64,000 nt of DNA from IMG/VR virus record IMGVR_UViG_3300034073_005389, positions 186,001-250,000 of that record; one strand, 5' to 3'. The notes under the pieces were generated by a model, which searched no databases, was not told where the DNA came from, and worked only from the letters and a program-made list of their open reading frames with translations. A program made the translations under genes and the position numbers. Positions 55,793 through 63,977 of the stretch are shown in pieces (position 1 is the stretch's first letter; each line of letters starts with the position of its first letter).

Positions 55793-57673
55793 CTACTTAA
55801 TCAATGAAAGAAAGTCTTCTTCCGATATTAGCTTGCAACCTAGTTTACGAGCAGCTACTGCCTTAGAACTAGTGCTGTTCACATCTGCAATCAATAAATG
55901 AGAACATGTCTTATTCACAGCCGACTTATACTCTCCTCCATGATCCATAATCATTTTCTCTAGTTCCGCTCGCTTTAGATTGGTAGATCCTGTAATAGCA
56001 ATCTTGCACCCACTTAACTTACCTTGTACTTTTTCCTTGATCTTAATACCATTTTGCAATAAATCACTAATTAGTTCTTTATTTTTCTGCAAACCAATTC
56101 TAAGAGAAGCCGCCTTAGATGGACCTACTCCATTAATCTGCTCAAAGCTCTCAGCTGTAGTTTGAAAAAACTGGTTTAAACTACCATATCCGTCACTCAT
56201 AATCGCTTTAATAGTGCTAGCACCAATCATAGGAATTGATAAAGCGCCCAAAAAAGTCTCTAATGGAATTTCTACATTGCTCCATAACATTTGATGACAT
56301 TTAGTAGCTGACTTTTTACCCATTCTTTCAATCTGTGACAAATCATCTACAGACAATTTATATAAATCTGCCACAGTTTTGACTTTTCCAGACTCAACTA
56401 ATTTAGTAATTAGTCCATCTCCCCACTCTAAAATATTTAACTCTTTAATCCAATTGCGAATACGACCAGAGACTTGGGCTGGACAGTCCATAGTATTAGT
56501 GCATTGCAAATATTCTCCATTTTCCATAGTAGGAGCCCCACATTCAGGGCAATGTGTAGGAGGGTCAAATACTGTACCAGTAGAAGATACTACTTCCTGT
56601 ACATAAGGAATTACATCATTACTACGGCAAACCAATACCTTTGCGCCAACATCAATTCCTAAAGCTGCAATGTTAGAAAAGTTATGCAAACTAGCCTTTT
56701 CTACCTCTGCACCCATTAATTGTACTTTAGGGCTAAATACTGCTACTGGAGTAATACGACCTGAATTACCCACCTGATTCATAATTTGAGCAACATAAGC
56801 CTCACGAGCTACTGAATCAAACTTAATAGCAATAGACCCTTTAGGGCGATTATTCACTATCCCAAAAGAATCTAACTTCACTAAGTCATTTTGATGAGCT
56901 ACTAATCCATCCATATCATATGGATACAAATCTCGTAAAGAAGATTGATATTTGTTTTTTAGTTCTAAGATTTCTGCATTAGAAGTTAACAAATAACTAA
57001 CTGGAGCAGTTAAACCAAGATTGGTTAACTCTTCAAATTGCTGTTGCTGAGAAGTAATATCTACATCATCAGTAAAAATTTGATATACTAATACATCAAG
57101 ATACTGACAACCTTCTCCATCATATCTTCTAGAAATACCAGAAGCAGCATTTCTAGCATTAGAATAATCGGCAAAATATTTTTTATGATTGTCTTTTGAT
57201 AAGACAATTTCTCCACGAATAGTGGCAGAAACTTTCTTCCTTAATCGTAATGGTACGCCATTCATTTTAGCTACGTTAGGAGTGATTAATTCTCCGATTT
57301 CGCCAGAGCCTCTGGTGGCAGCTTTAACTAAAATTCCATTTTCATACATCAAAGAAACAGATAATCCATCTAATTTGGTAGTAACAAAGATTTTGTCATT
57401 TTTGTGAATATGATCGGTTGACCATTTGACAAATTCTTCATGAGTTTGACATTTATTTAAGCTGCCCATGGGATAAACATGCTGAAATTTTTCCCAATTA
57501 GACACTGGCTCATAACCAATACTAGTTACAGCTAGATTTTTAGGATCTAAAACTGATAATTCGTCTACCCAAGCATCATAAACTTGATCGCTAACTGTGG
57601 AAGTGTGATTATAATAATCATTTCTAGCTTTTAAAATGCTCTTTTCTAACTCTTTAATACGATCAAGTGACAT
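55793..57673 (-). CDS. ligA: NAD-dependent DNA ligase
   Basis: KLDG adenylation motif, ATRGSG, IRGE, DGLV, C4 Zn finger, HhH, BRCT; start trimmed to MSLDRIK at 57673. Confidence 0.97.
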   Translation of the reverse strand: MSLDRIKELEKSILKARNDYYNHTSTVSDQVYDAWVDELSVLDPKNLAVTSIGYEPVSNWEKFQHVYPMGSLNKCQTHEEFVKWSTDHIHKNDKIFVTTKLDGLSVSLMYENGILVKAATRGSGEIGELITPNVAKMNGVPLRLRKKVSATIRGEIVLSKDNHKKYFADYSNARNAASGISRRYDGEGCQYLDVLVYQIFTDDVDITSQQQQFEELTNLGLTAPVSYLLTSNAEILELKNKYQSSLRDLYPYDMDGLVAHQNDLVKLDSFGIVNNRPKGSIAIKFDSVAREAYVAQIMNQVGNSGRITPVAVFSPKVQLMGAEVEKASLHNFSNIAALGIDVGAKVLVCRSNDVIPYVQEVVSSTGTVFDPPTHCPECGAPTMENGEYLQCTNTMDCPAQVSGRIRNWIKELNILEWGDGLITKLVESGKVKTVADLYKLSVDDLSQIERMGKKSATKCHQMLWSNVEIPLETFLGALSIPMIGASTIKAIMSDGYGSLNQFFQTTAESFEQINGVGPSKAASLRIGLQKNKELISDLLQNGIKIKEKVQGKLSGCKIAITGSTNLKRAELEKMIMDHGGEYKSAVNKTCSHLLIADVNSTSSKAVAARKLGCKLISEEDFLSLIK

Positions 57674-57723
57674 TTTATATCCTTTTATTTGCTTGAGTAA
57701 ATTCAAAGCAGGTAAAACACAAC

Positions 57724-57757
57724 AAGCCAGATATTGTAAAAATACGATATCTGGCTT
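57724..57757 (-). terminator. hairpin just after a promoter (terminator/attenuator or 5' stabiliser)
   Basis: aagccagatat...atatctggctt 11-bp perfect arms followed by GTTGTGTTTT on the minus strand. Confidence 0.55.
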
Positions 57758-57764
57758 ACTAACA

Positions 57765-57792
57765 AGTGTATATTTTACAAATTACACGTCAA
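57765..57792 (-). promoter_or_regulatory. sigma70-like promoter TTGACG-N16-TACACT
   Basis: ttgacg tgtaatttgtaaaata tacact. Confidence 0.75.
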
Positions 57793-57805
57793 GTAGAGCG
57801 TAATT

Positions 57806-58387
57806 TTATTTTTTAGAGGGCGTGGCACGCTTCTTGCTAGTAGCAGCTTCGGGCTCTTGCTTCAATATTATAAATGGAGGTGCTACGCCTGCGCTGAACT
57901 CTGCGGCAGCCTCCAAAGCCATTGTTATACGTTCCTCTGGCTTTAGTTTAAGCTTGGCTGTACTGTGCAGCGAGCCGAGTGCTAGGTCAGAGCCGCAACC
58001 TACTGCATCATAATTTACACTTGGAATACCTACTTGATGATCTTTCTCTATTGTATAAAGTTTGCCTTTATATCCTACTAAGAAATTTCCGCCAGTAGTT
58101 GCTTCTTTATCTCCAAAACCATTAACAGAAAAACATTTTCGAATACTATCAATAAAATCTGTGACCATATATTGGTAATCATCTTGGCTAACAGTTTGTT
58201 TGGGAGGGTCAAACTTGAACCTAAGCAATTGACCCATACGAAAGCTTTGAGTGAAACCCAAAAGAAAAGGTCCATTTGTGAAAACTTTAGGATCTTTACG
58301 AATAGTAATAGATAGTCCGGCAATTCCTGCGCTATCTGCGCCCATATAAACAGTATCATTCTCTACTACAGCAACTACGCATGTCAT
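57806..58387 (-). CDS. HslV/proteasome beta-subunit-like Ntn-hydrolase (Thr protease)
   Basis: M-T-C-V-V start exposing Thr1, GADS, KVF, GCGSDLALGSL, ALEAA...S.GV. Confidence 0.8.
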   Translation of the reverse strand: MTCVVAVVENDTVYMGADSAGIAGLSITIRKDPKVFTNGPFLLGFTQSFRMGQLLRFKFDPPKQTVSQDDYQYMVTDFIDSIRKCFSVNGFGDKEATTGGNFLVGYKGKLYTIEKDHQVGIPSVNYDAVGCGSDLALGSLHSTAKLKLKPEERITMALEAAAEFSAGVAPPFIILKQEPEAATSKKRATPSKK

Positions 58388-58399
58388 AATATATAATCC

Positions 58400-58690
58400 T
58401 TATAATTCAATATGTGAATGTTGTAATTTCATTACATCTCGCTTCATCAGCCAAGATTCTCTGCCCCGTTGTTGATTGCAAGGTGCACAGGCTAAATCAA
58501 TATTAGTAATGTCATTAGTTCCTCCCCAAGAAAGAGGAACTACATGTTCTATAGTTAGATTTTCTACTAGAAAAGCTTTATTACAATAGCAACAAATATC
58601 AATTAATTTATCTTTTAAAATTGATTTTTTAAATTTATTGTTAATTCGTAATTGCTGTCTTCTAGTTCTTCTACGCTGCAATTTTGCCAT
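58400..58690 (-). CDS. HNH endonuclease
   Basis: CCYC, TIEHVVPLSWGGTNDITNIDLACAPCNQQRG. Confidence 0.9.
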   Translation of the reverse strand: MAKLQRRRTRRQQLRINNKFKKSILKDKLIDICCYCNKAFLVENLTIEHVVPLSWGGTNDITNIDLACAPCNQQRGRESWLMKRDVMKLQHSHIEL

Positions 58691-58713
58691 AAATTAAGCC
58701 TTGACCTTCCTGT

Positions 58714-58741
58714 ACTATACAATTTTTAAAATACAAGTCAA
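58714..58741 (-). promoter_or_regulatory. sigma70-like promoter TTGACT-N16-TATAGT
   Basis: Upstream of the HNH gene. Confidence 0.75.
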
Positions 58742-58751
58742 CTAGCTTAAT

Positions 58752-59288
58752 TTATAAAAATATTTTTAATTTATCAGGCAGGTACAAGTGAAAATTAGGA
58801 TGACCTTTATACAAAAGCGGATTATATTCTGTGGAATTACTAGTAAGATGACTATTTAAATCATTTAAAAAATTAAAATATTCTTCTGAATTTTTTTCAA
58901 AAAATCTATGACCTGTAAATTTGTATTTTAAAGACCGACAAATAGACAAATCACACATTTTATTATTAATAATAAATAAATCATTTAAATTTGTATGCTG
59001 ACAAAAATCAATTAAATCTGGAGCAATTCTATTATAGACTAAATCTGATATTTTAGGTAAATCAGATTCAGAATCAGCAATAGTGGGAAAACATTCCTCC
59101 ATAATAAATTTTGGTAATTCTTCGGGATCTAATAAAACACCTTTATCAATAATAATAGCCCACCACATCCCTGTATCTAAATAATACAAAGACTTATTAG
59201 ATCTGTTAGCAGCGCAATAATTAGAAATAACCTGGTCCTTAGGTAAGAGATTTATTCCTTTTTTAGACTTAAAATATCTTTTAGACAT
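58752..59288 (-). CDS. hypothetical protein
   Basis: 178-aa ORF. Confidence 0.55.
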   Translation of the reverse strand: MSKRYFKSKKGINLLPKDQVISNYCAANRSNKSLYYLDTGMWWAIIIDKGVLLDPEELPKFIMEECFPTIADSESDLPKISDLVYNRIAPDLIDFCQHTNLNDLFIINNKMCDLSICRSLKYKFTGHRFFEKNSEEYFNFLNDLNSHLTSNSTEYNPLLYKGHPNFHLYLPDKLKIFL

Positions 59289-59462
59289 TTACTGTTTAGA
59301 GTTAAACAATTTTTCTAAAAGAGGAACAAAAATCCAGCCTATCGCTCCTAATCCACCTACAGAAAGAACTACAATTCCAGGAATTGTAAACCAAACAGTT
59401 AATATAACTCCTAATGACATTACTGCTACACTAGCTGCACCCCAAATTAATTGAGTATCCAT
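59289..59462 (-). CDS. small two-TM membrane protein (57 aa), not in ORF track
   Basis: MDTQLIWGAASVAVMSLGVILTVWFTIPGIVVLSVGGLGAIGWIFVPLLEKLFNSKQ; GGAG SD; abuts both neighbours. Confidence 0.75.
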   Translation of the reverse strand: MDTQLIWGAASVAVMSLGVILTVWFTIPGIVVLSVGGLGAIGWIFVPLLEKLFNSKQ

Positions 59463-59473
59463 AACATCTCCAA

Positions 59474-59692
59474 TTAGTTTTGACCATCTTCCACATTGTT
59501 TTTATAGCTTCCGCCACGGCGCTTTCTCTTACAATATTGTTTTTGGCTAAACCCTTTGGGGTTACTACAATTTATTTTTTTCTTAAACTTTACACTCCAA
59601 CGACGTTTCATGCCTTTTCTTGGCTTATTATAATCTTCTGCCAATTTAACAAATTTTTCTGCTAATTCCAAGATGGCATCTACGTCCAACAT
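59474..59692 (-). CDS. small basic Cys-pair phage protein
   Basis: WSVKFKKKINCSNPKGFSQKQYC motif; AGGAG SD. Confidence 0.7.
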   Translation of the reverse strand: MLDVDAILELAEKFVKLAEDYNKPRKGMKRRWSVKFKKKINCSNPKGFSQKQYCKRKRRGGSYKNNVEDGQN

Positions 59693-59716
59693 ATAATCTC
59701 CTAAATTTAATAGGAG

Positions 59717-59744
59717 ATTATTAGCTAATCAAAATAAGTGTCAA
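59717..59744 (-). promoter_or_regulatory. sigma70-like promoter TTGACA-N16-AATAAT
   Basis: Upstream of 59474..59692. Confidence 0.6.
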
Positions 59745-59758
59745 AAGAAGTTTTCATA

Positions 59759-60328
59759 TTATTTTAATTTGGCTATTCTGATTAAATCAGAAGACTTTAG
59801 CATACGATCATCATTAGTATGCTCCTCTGGTTCTAAATGAACTTCCACTGAACTTGGTGGAGGTGGTGGGCAAAAAGAAGCAGATTTTTTATCTGATGTT
59901 AAGGATTGTGGTGCAGAACCATACATATTCTTTTTATAATTTTTTAATTCATAATATGTTTCTCTTACCATTTCAGCAATTGAAGGTCCATCATCATTAC
60001 TATATGCAAATTCTTTTAAAGCATTTGACTCATAGATAAAAGTAATTAGTTCTTTCATCTTATTTTTAAAGATGACTAATTGCTCAACTTCTTTTAAGAC
60101 GCCATCTATACTAAAATGCTGCTCATCTTCTGGATCTACAATTTTTGTAAATTGAGCTTTTACATCTGCTCTGCCTTCAGATCTGCCAGAATTATAAACA
60201 GGACCATCTACTTTATTTTCTGACCTAAGGCGATCAATTTCTTCTAATAACTCTTTTACATAAGAAATTGCTACATATTCATTATTTTCGACGGCAATTC
60301 TAACCTCTTCCTCATCTTCTGGCAACAT
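59759..60328 (-). CDS. hypothetical protein
   Basis: 189-aa ORF, GGAG SD. Confidence 0.6.
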   Translation of the reverse strand: MLPEDEEEVRIAVENNEYVAISYVKELLEEIDRLRSENKVDGPVYNSGRSEGRADVKAQFTKIVDPEDEQHFSIDGVLKEVEQLVIFKNKMKELITFIYESNALKEFAYSNDDGPSIAEMVRETYYELKNYKKNMYGSAPQSLTSDKKSASFCPPPPPSSVEVHLEPEEHTNDDRMLKSSDLIRIAKLK

Positions 60329-60330
60329 AG

Positions 60331-60654
60331 TTATTCTCCCTTGTTTGTATGCTTCATATTGCCACGAGTCATATATTCTACAAGAGCATTTTTTAAATTT
60401 ACCATAGCGTCTTTGTTTAGATTGATTTGTGGGTTGTCTGGCAAATCGATTAATTTAACATAAGCAGGGACATAGATAAATTCTGCATCTGTACTATGAT
60501 TATATTTATTATACTTGACTATATCAAATAAATATTCTGCTAAAGAATCCCAATCATCATTGGTGACAACATCTTTAAATTTAAGATGTAGGATTCTAGA
60601 CAAATCATTTTTGTTTATTTTTGTCAATTGCATCAGATTCCTCCCAAGTACCAA
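60331..60654 (-). CDS. hypothetical protein (start uncertain, possibly 60633)
   Basis: ORF track; overlaps upstream gene. Confidence 0.5.
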   Translation of the reverse strand: MVLGRNLMQLTKINKNDLSRILHLKFKDVVTNDDWDSLAEYLFDIVKYNKYNHSTDAEFIYVPAYVKLIDLPDNPQINLNKDAMVNLKNALVEYMTRGNMKHTNKGE

Positions 60655-60940
60655 CAGATATTCCTTCTATCTCAAAAGACTCTAATGTAGAATCTATTCG
60701 ATCTCTTAGTATTGGTAAGCTTTCTTCTACAGAAGAGAACTCAACTATTTCATTAATTTGCTGATACAAAGCATTTTTATCATAAGGTAAAAAGCCTTTG
60801 GTTTGTTTTAAGAAAAACAAAAGCTCAGAAATTCTATTTTCAGCTTCATTTAATAATGAAGCTGCTTCATTTAATAATTTTCTATAACTATTTGCTTCTT
60901 TTCCTTTGTCTAAATAATCTCTTAAAGGTACTAAATCCAT
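60605..60940 (-). CDS. hypothetical coiled-coil protein
   Basis: 111-aa ORF, GAGG SD. Confidence 0.6.
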   Translation of the reverse strand: MDLVPLRDYLDKGKEANSYRKLLNEAASLLNEAENRISELLFFLKQTKGFLPYDKNALYQQINEIVEFSSVEESLPILRDRIDSTLESFEIEGISVGTWEESDAIDKNKQK

Positions 60941-60942
60941 AA

Positions 60943-61329
60943 TTACCTCTTATCAAAAGCTCCACAATTACACTGATGCCAATCTTGCCACCAACTACAA
61001 TTAATAGGATGATCTTCTTTGTATTCTACATTACTGATTTCAGAATCTAAGAATTCATCATGCTGATATTCCCAAATCATATCTTTGATTATTTTTTTCA
61101 TTTCATGGGCGCCTTCTCTACGACCAATTTGTCGCATAGAAAGGCAATCTTGTTGATGTTTTTTCATCCACCAATCACGTTCTTCTGTCATATTTCTGAG
61201 GTCACGTTCTAGATTAATAACTCTAGTAGAGAATTCTTTAGAAGAAGGGTCCATACAAGGAGTAGATGAGTCTTTACTCAGACAATATACACAACGACCA
61301 TCTGAGCCCCAACCAGCATGATTATTCAT
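60943..61329 (-). CDS. hypothetical Cys-rich protein
   Basis: CVYC..C and HPINC..WHQCNCG. Confidence 0.6.
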   Translation of the reverse strand: MNNHAGWGSDGRCVYCLSKDSSTPCMDPSSKEFSTRVINLERDLRNMTEERDWWMKKHQQDCLSMRQIGRREGAHEMKKIIKDMIWEYQHDEFLDSEISNVEYKEDHPINCSWWQDWHQCNCGAFDKR

Positions 61330-61543
61330 TTTTTAATTTATCCTTAGGTACAAGTTCAAAATTAAGACGAAAATATTCAAGCATATAATGAAGATTCTTA
61401 ATATCTTCTGTAGTAGGACAAGAATCTTCTCCGTAACCAGCGGGGCACGCATCAGCAATATCTGCAATGCGGCTTGCCAAATCACAAGCCTTTTCAAGTG
61501 AAGCATCTTTTAGAAAAAAGTGGATTTCAAATTTATTGTGCAT
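61322..61543 (-). CDS. hypothetical protein
   Basis: 73-aa ORF. Confidence 0.5.
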   Translation of the reverse strand: MHNKFEIHFFLKDASLEKACDLASRIADIADACPAGYGEDSCPTTEDIKNLHYMLEYFRLNFELVPKDKLKNE

Positions 61544-61547
61544 TGAT

Positions 61548-61754
61548 TTATGCCTTTTTTATATTCCAAACTTTTTCTGGACTATAATCAATATTAATTT
61601 TTAATAAATTATTTTCAGATCTTTCTTCTGGAATTTGAGAATCTATTTGTTTAATGATCTGATTATAATAATCTGGATCCAGCTCAAACTCCCATAGTTC
61701 TCCAGAGTCATCTTTTACTAAGATTTTTACACCACTCTTTTCAGGGCTCTCCAT
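61548..61754 (-). CDS. hypothetical protein
   Basis: Start trimmed to MESPEK (61754), which has a GGAG SD and removes most of the overlap. Confidence 0.5.
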   Translation of the reverse strand: MESPEKSGVKILVKDDSGELWEFELDPDYYNQIIKQIDSQIPEERSENNLLKINIDYSPEKVWNIKKA

Positions 61755-62100
61755 TATCTCCACATCTCCAACAATACCATGAACCATCTTCGTAATTTTC
61801 TCTGCCATCGCTGTAACAGCAGCCTGGACAAATATTACGAACACTAGATGTTACATTGTCTGATTTTTTGTCTTTTTTATCATCATTCTTCTTCATAAGG
61901 TGAAGAGATAGCGAAGTATGAATTCTTTGATTCAATTCATTACATTCTTTTTCACATTCATCATATGTCCCTTCAAAAGCTTCATAATTTACCATGCCAG
62001 GGACTCTCAAAATTACAAAGTAAAATCTTTGATTTTGTGGAGTTGTAGGCGGATAATCTTTAAAAGGAATAATTTCGTATGGCTTCCAATCGTTTAACAT
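61741..62100 (-). CDS. hypothetical protein with C-terminal Zn ribbon (probably leaderless)
   Basis: CPGC...CWRC; the ATG at 62100 is 8 nt below the -10 box, while the 62106 ATG is too close to it. Confidence 0.55.
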   Translation of the reverse strand: MLNDWKPYEIIPFKDYPPTTPQNQRFYFVILRVPGMVNYEAFEGTYDECEKECNELNQRIHTSLSLHLMKKNDDKKDKKSDNVTSSVRNICPGCCYSDGRENYEDGSWYCWRCGDNGEP

Positions 62101-62107
62101 ACCCATT

Positions 62108-62135
62108 ATTGTAATTATACATAAATTAGTGTCAA
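62108..62135 (-). promoter_or_regulatory. sigma70-like promoter TTGACA-N16-TACAAT
   Basis: ttgaca ctaatttatgtataat tacaat. Confidence 0.8.
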
Positions 62136-62184
62136 GGCAGGGTTTAATTTTATTAAATAGAGGCTGCCCATATGGCTACCATTT

Positions 62185-62367
62185 TCATGAACTTTCTCCT
62201 TCTAAAGCTAGATCGGCTACTTTTTTAGCTTCTTTCTTAAATCTTTCCATATCTTTACGAGATGGGGTAATCCTAGCTTCACTATTTTGAAAATGATAAT
62301 ATTGAGTAGAAATATAAGAGCTATAAATAGCAAGCCACTTCATTTTTTGGTAGTCTTCGTATGTCAT
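62185..62367 (-). CDS. hypothetical protein
   Basis: 60-aa ORF, GAGG SD, ATGA overlap. Confidence 0.55.
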   Translation of the reverse strand: MTYEDYQKMKWLAIYSSYISTQYYHFQNSEARITPSRKDMERFKKEAKKVADLALEGESS

Positions 62368-62975
62368 TGCTTAACCTCAAACCTTTTATCTAAAGCCGTC
62401 CTAATCTTTCTCATCATTGCGATGTTATCTTCTGCATCGAATTGACCTTCCAAATGATCTGCACAATCAAGCAACAAATCTCTTAAACTTTCAATTTCGT
62501 CTTCTTTAGTATTTAATTTTAAATAAAGATCTGTTTCCATCTCTCCCATGTTATGAGAGGTTTGCTTGGCAGCCTCAATAGCTTTATCTCTTTCAAATTT
62601 TAACAACTCCATTTGCTGTTGATAAGTAGGTGGCGCATGAATGTCTTTGACGCCATTAGCAGCAATATTACAGTATTCTGTAAGCAAATTATTCTGCTCG
62701 CATAATTCACGCAATAACTCAAACCTAACTGCATACCATTCTTCAGTATGCTGTCTAGAACGTGAATCGCTGATTAGCATATCAGCGTTGTTTCGCAGTT
62801 CAATTAATAGAGAGATGTCTTCATTTTTCTGAAAGCCTTGACCTAAATCTTTGGGAATCCAAGGTCCAGGAGTAGCCGCCCTATTTAATCTTTCTAGATT
62901 AAGAAGCTTTTCTTTATGAAGTTTCCAGCTTTGATTTCTTTTCTCAATCAAGCCCATTCTTTTAATATTAGACAT
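62364..62975 (-). CDS. hypothetical coiled-coil protein (ATPGPW motif of phage early proteins)
   Basis: L..L..AATPGPW...I.L..ELRN. Confidence 0.6.
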   Translation of the reverse strand: MSNIKRMGLIEKRNQSWKLHKEKLLNLERLNRAATPGPWIPKDLGQGFQKNEDISLLIELRNNADMLISDSRSRQHTEEWYAVRFELLRELCEQNNLLTEYCNIAANGVKDIHAPPTYQQQMELLKFERDKAIEAAKQTSHNMGEMETDLYLKLNTKEDEIESLRDLLLDCADHLEGQFDAEDNIAMMRKIRTALDKRFEVKQ

Positions 62976-62978
62976 AAT

Positions 62979-63215
62979 TTACTCAATCTTTTTACTCATC
63001 TTATTTAATTTTTCTAATAAGATATCTCTTTCCTCTACTATAGCTCCGCCACAATTACATCCATCATAATATGTTGGGCAATCTTCTAAATTTTTATGGT
63101 TTCCATGATAACATTCTTGCCAGAAATCGATTTCTTCTTCTGCAGTCATACAATCTTGGCAACGCAATTTATTATCTAAATAACTATCACAAATCCTTGA
63201 AGGATGTGGGGTCAT
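62979..63215 (-). CDS. hypothetical Cys-rich protein
   Basis: CQDC and H...DCPTYYDGCNCG. Confidence 0.55.
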   Translation of the reverse strand: MTPHPSRICDSYLDNKLRCQDCMTAEEEIDFWQECYHGNHKNLEDCPTYYDGCNCGGAIVEERDILLEKLNKMSKKIE

Positions 63216-63242
63216 ATTAAATCTCTTTTGCTCGAAGAAAAC

Positions 63243-63452
63243 TCATAGATAATCAATCCATAATCTGTAAAATGCCAAATTTGTTTTAGTTAATTGAAAA
63301 GCCGACCAACCACCCCAAGTAACCCTAAATTCCCTGCCATAACAAAGATTATGTTGACTTTTGGAAAGGGCAAGATAGGGTTGATCATATCTATCTTTGC
63401 CACCGTGAAAACATAATCCTAGAAAAAAATAAGCAAAAACTTTAGGCTTCAT
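63243..63452 (-). CDS. hypothetical protein
   Basis: 69-aa ORF. Confidence 0.45.
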   Translation of the reverse strand: MKPKVFAYFFLGLCFHGGKDRYDQPYLALSKSQHNLCYGREFRVTWGGWSAFQLTKTNLAFYRLWIDYL

Positions 63453-63684
63453 CTAATTCAATCCTTGTCAAGTAAAGAGCAGAAGAAAAATAATTCATTA
63501 TATCTTTCTTTGATTTGTCTTTTAGATTGCCGTAGAAGGATGGAAATGTTGGATCGCTCATTAATTCAGAAATAAATTCTTTTAACCATTTGTTGTAAGT
63601 TAACTTACTGGAAAAATAGTGGCGCTTAACGTCACCATCATGCCACATATAGATATGTTTCTTACTCATTATTTTGGTTCCCAA
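63442..63684 (-). CDS. hypothetical protein
   Basis: 80-aa ORF; start may be 63666. Confidence 0.5.
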   Translation of the reverse strand: MGTKIMSKKHIYMWHDGDVKRHYFSSKLTYNKWLKEFISELMSDPTFPSFYGNLKDKSKKDIMNYFSSALYLTRIELDEA

Positions 63685-63977
63685 ATAATCTTAATTCTAC
63701 CATCGCGCTTACATTGGCTATAGCTCTTTAATGTGCCCCAATCTTCAGGCTCTTCGCATTCTGCGTGAGTAACAAATACATATTGCTGACCTTCTTGCGT
63801 TTTCTCAACGCTAGTAACAACATAAGTTGTCTTGTCCCGAATAAATACTGTACCAATTTTAGGCTCAACAAATCCACATCTTTCAGCATCTAATTCTAGA
63901 CCATGCAATGAATCATATAGTGATCCATAATCATATGATACTGGATAAGCTTTAGATGATACTTTAAACTCATTCAT
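63669..63977 (-). CDS. hypothetical protein
   Basis: 102-aa ORF; ATGA overlap with an upstream frame that leaves the window. Confidence 0.5.
   Translation of the reverse strand: MNEFKVSSKAYPVSYDYGSLYDSLHGLELDAERCGFVEPKIGTVFIRDKTTYVVTSVEKTQEGQQYVFVTHAECEEPEDWGTLKSYSQCKRDGRIKIIWEPK

Noticed and set aside
1375-62832. Short + strand ORFs antisense to long genes (e.g. 1375, 2656, 4595, 12166, 38646, 46742, 57189) and nested minus-strand ORFs (28638, 48820, 58078)
   Set aside because: Shadow frames of well-supported genes, with no motifs or SD
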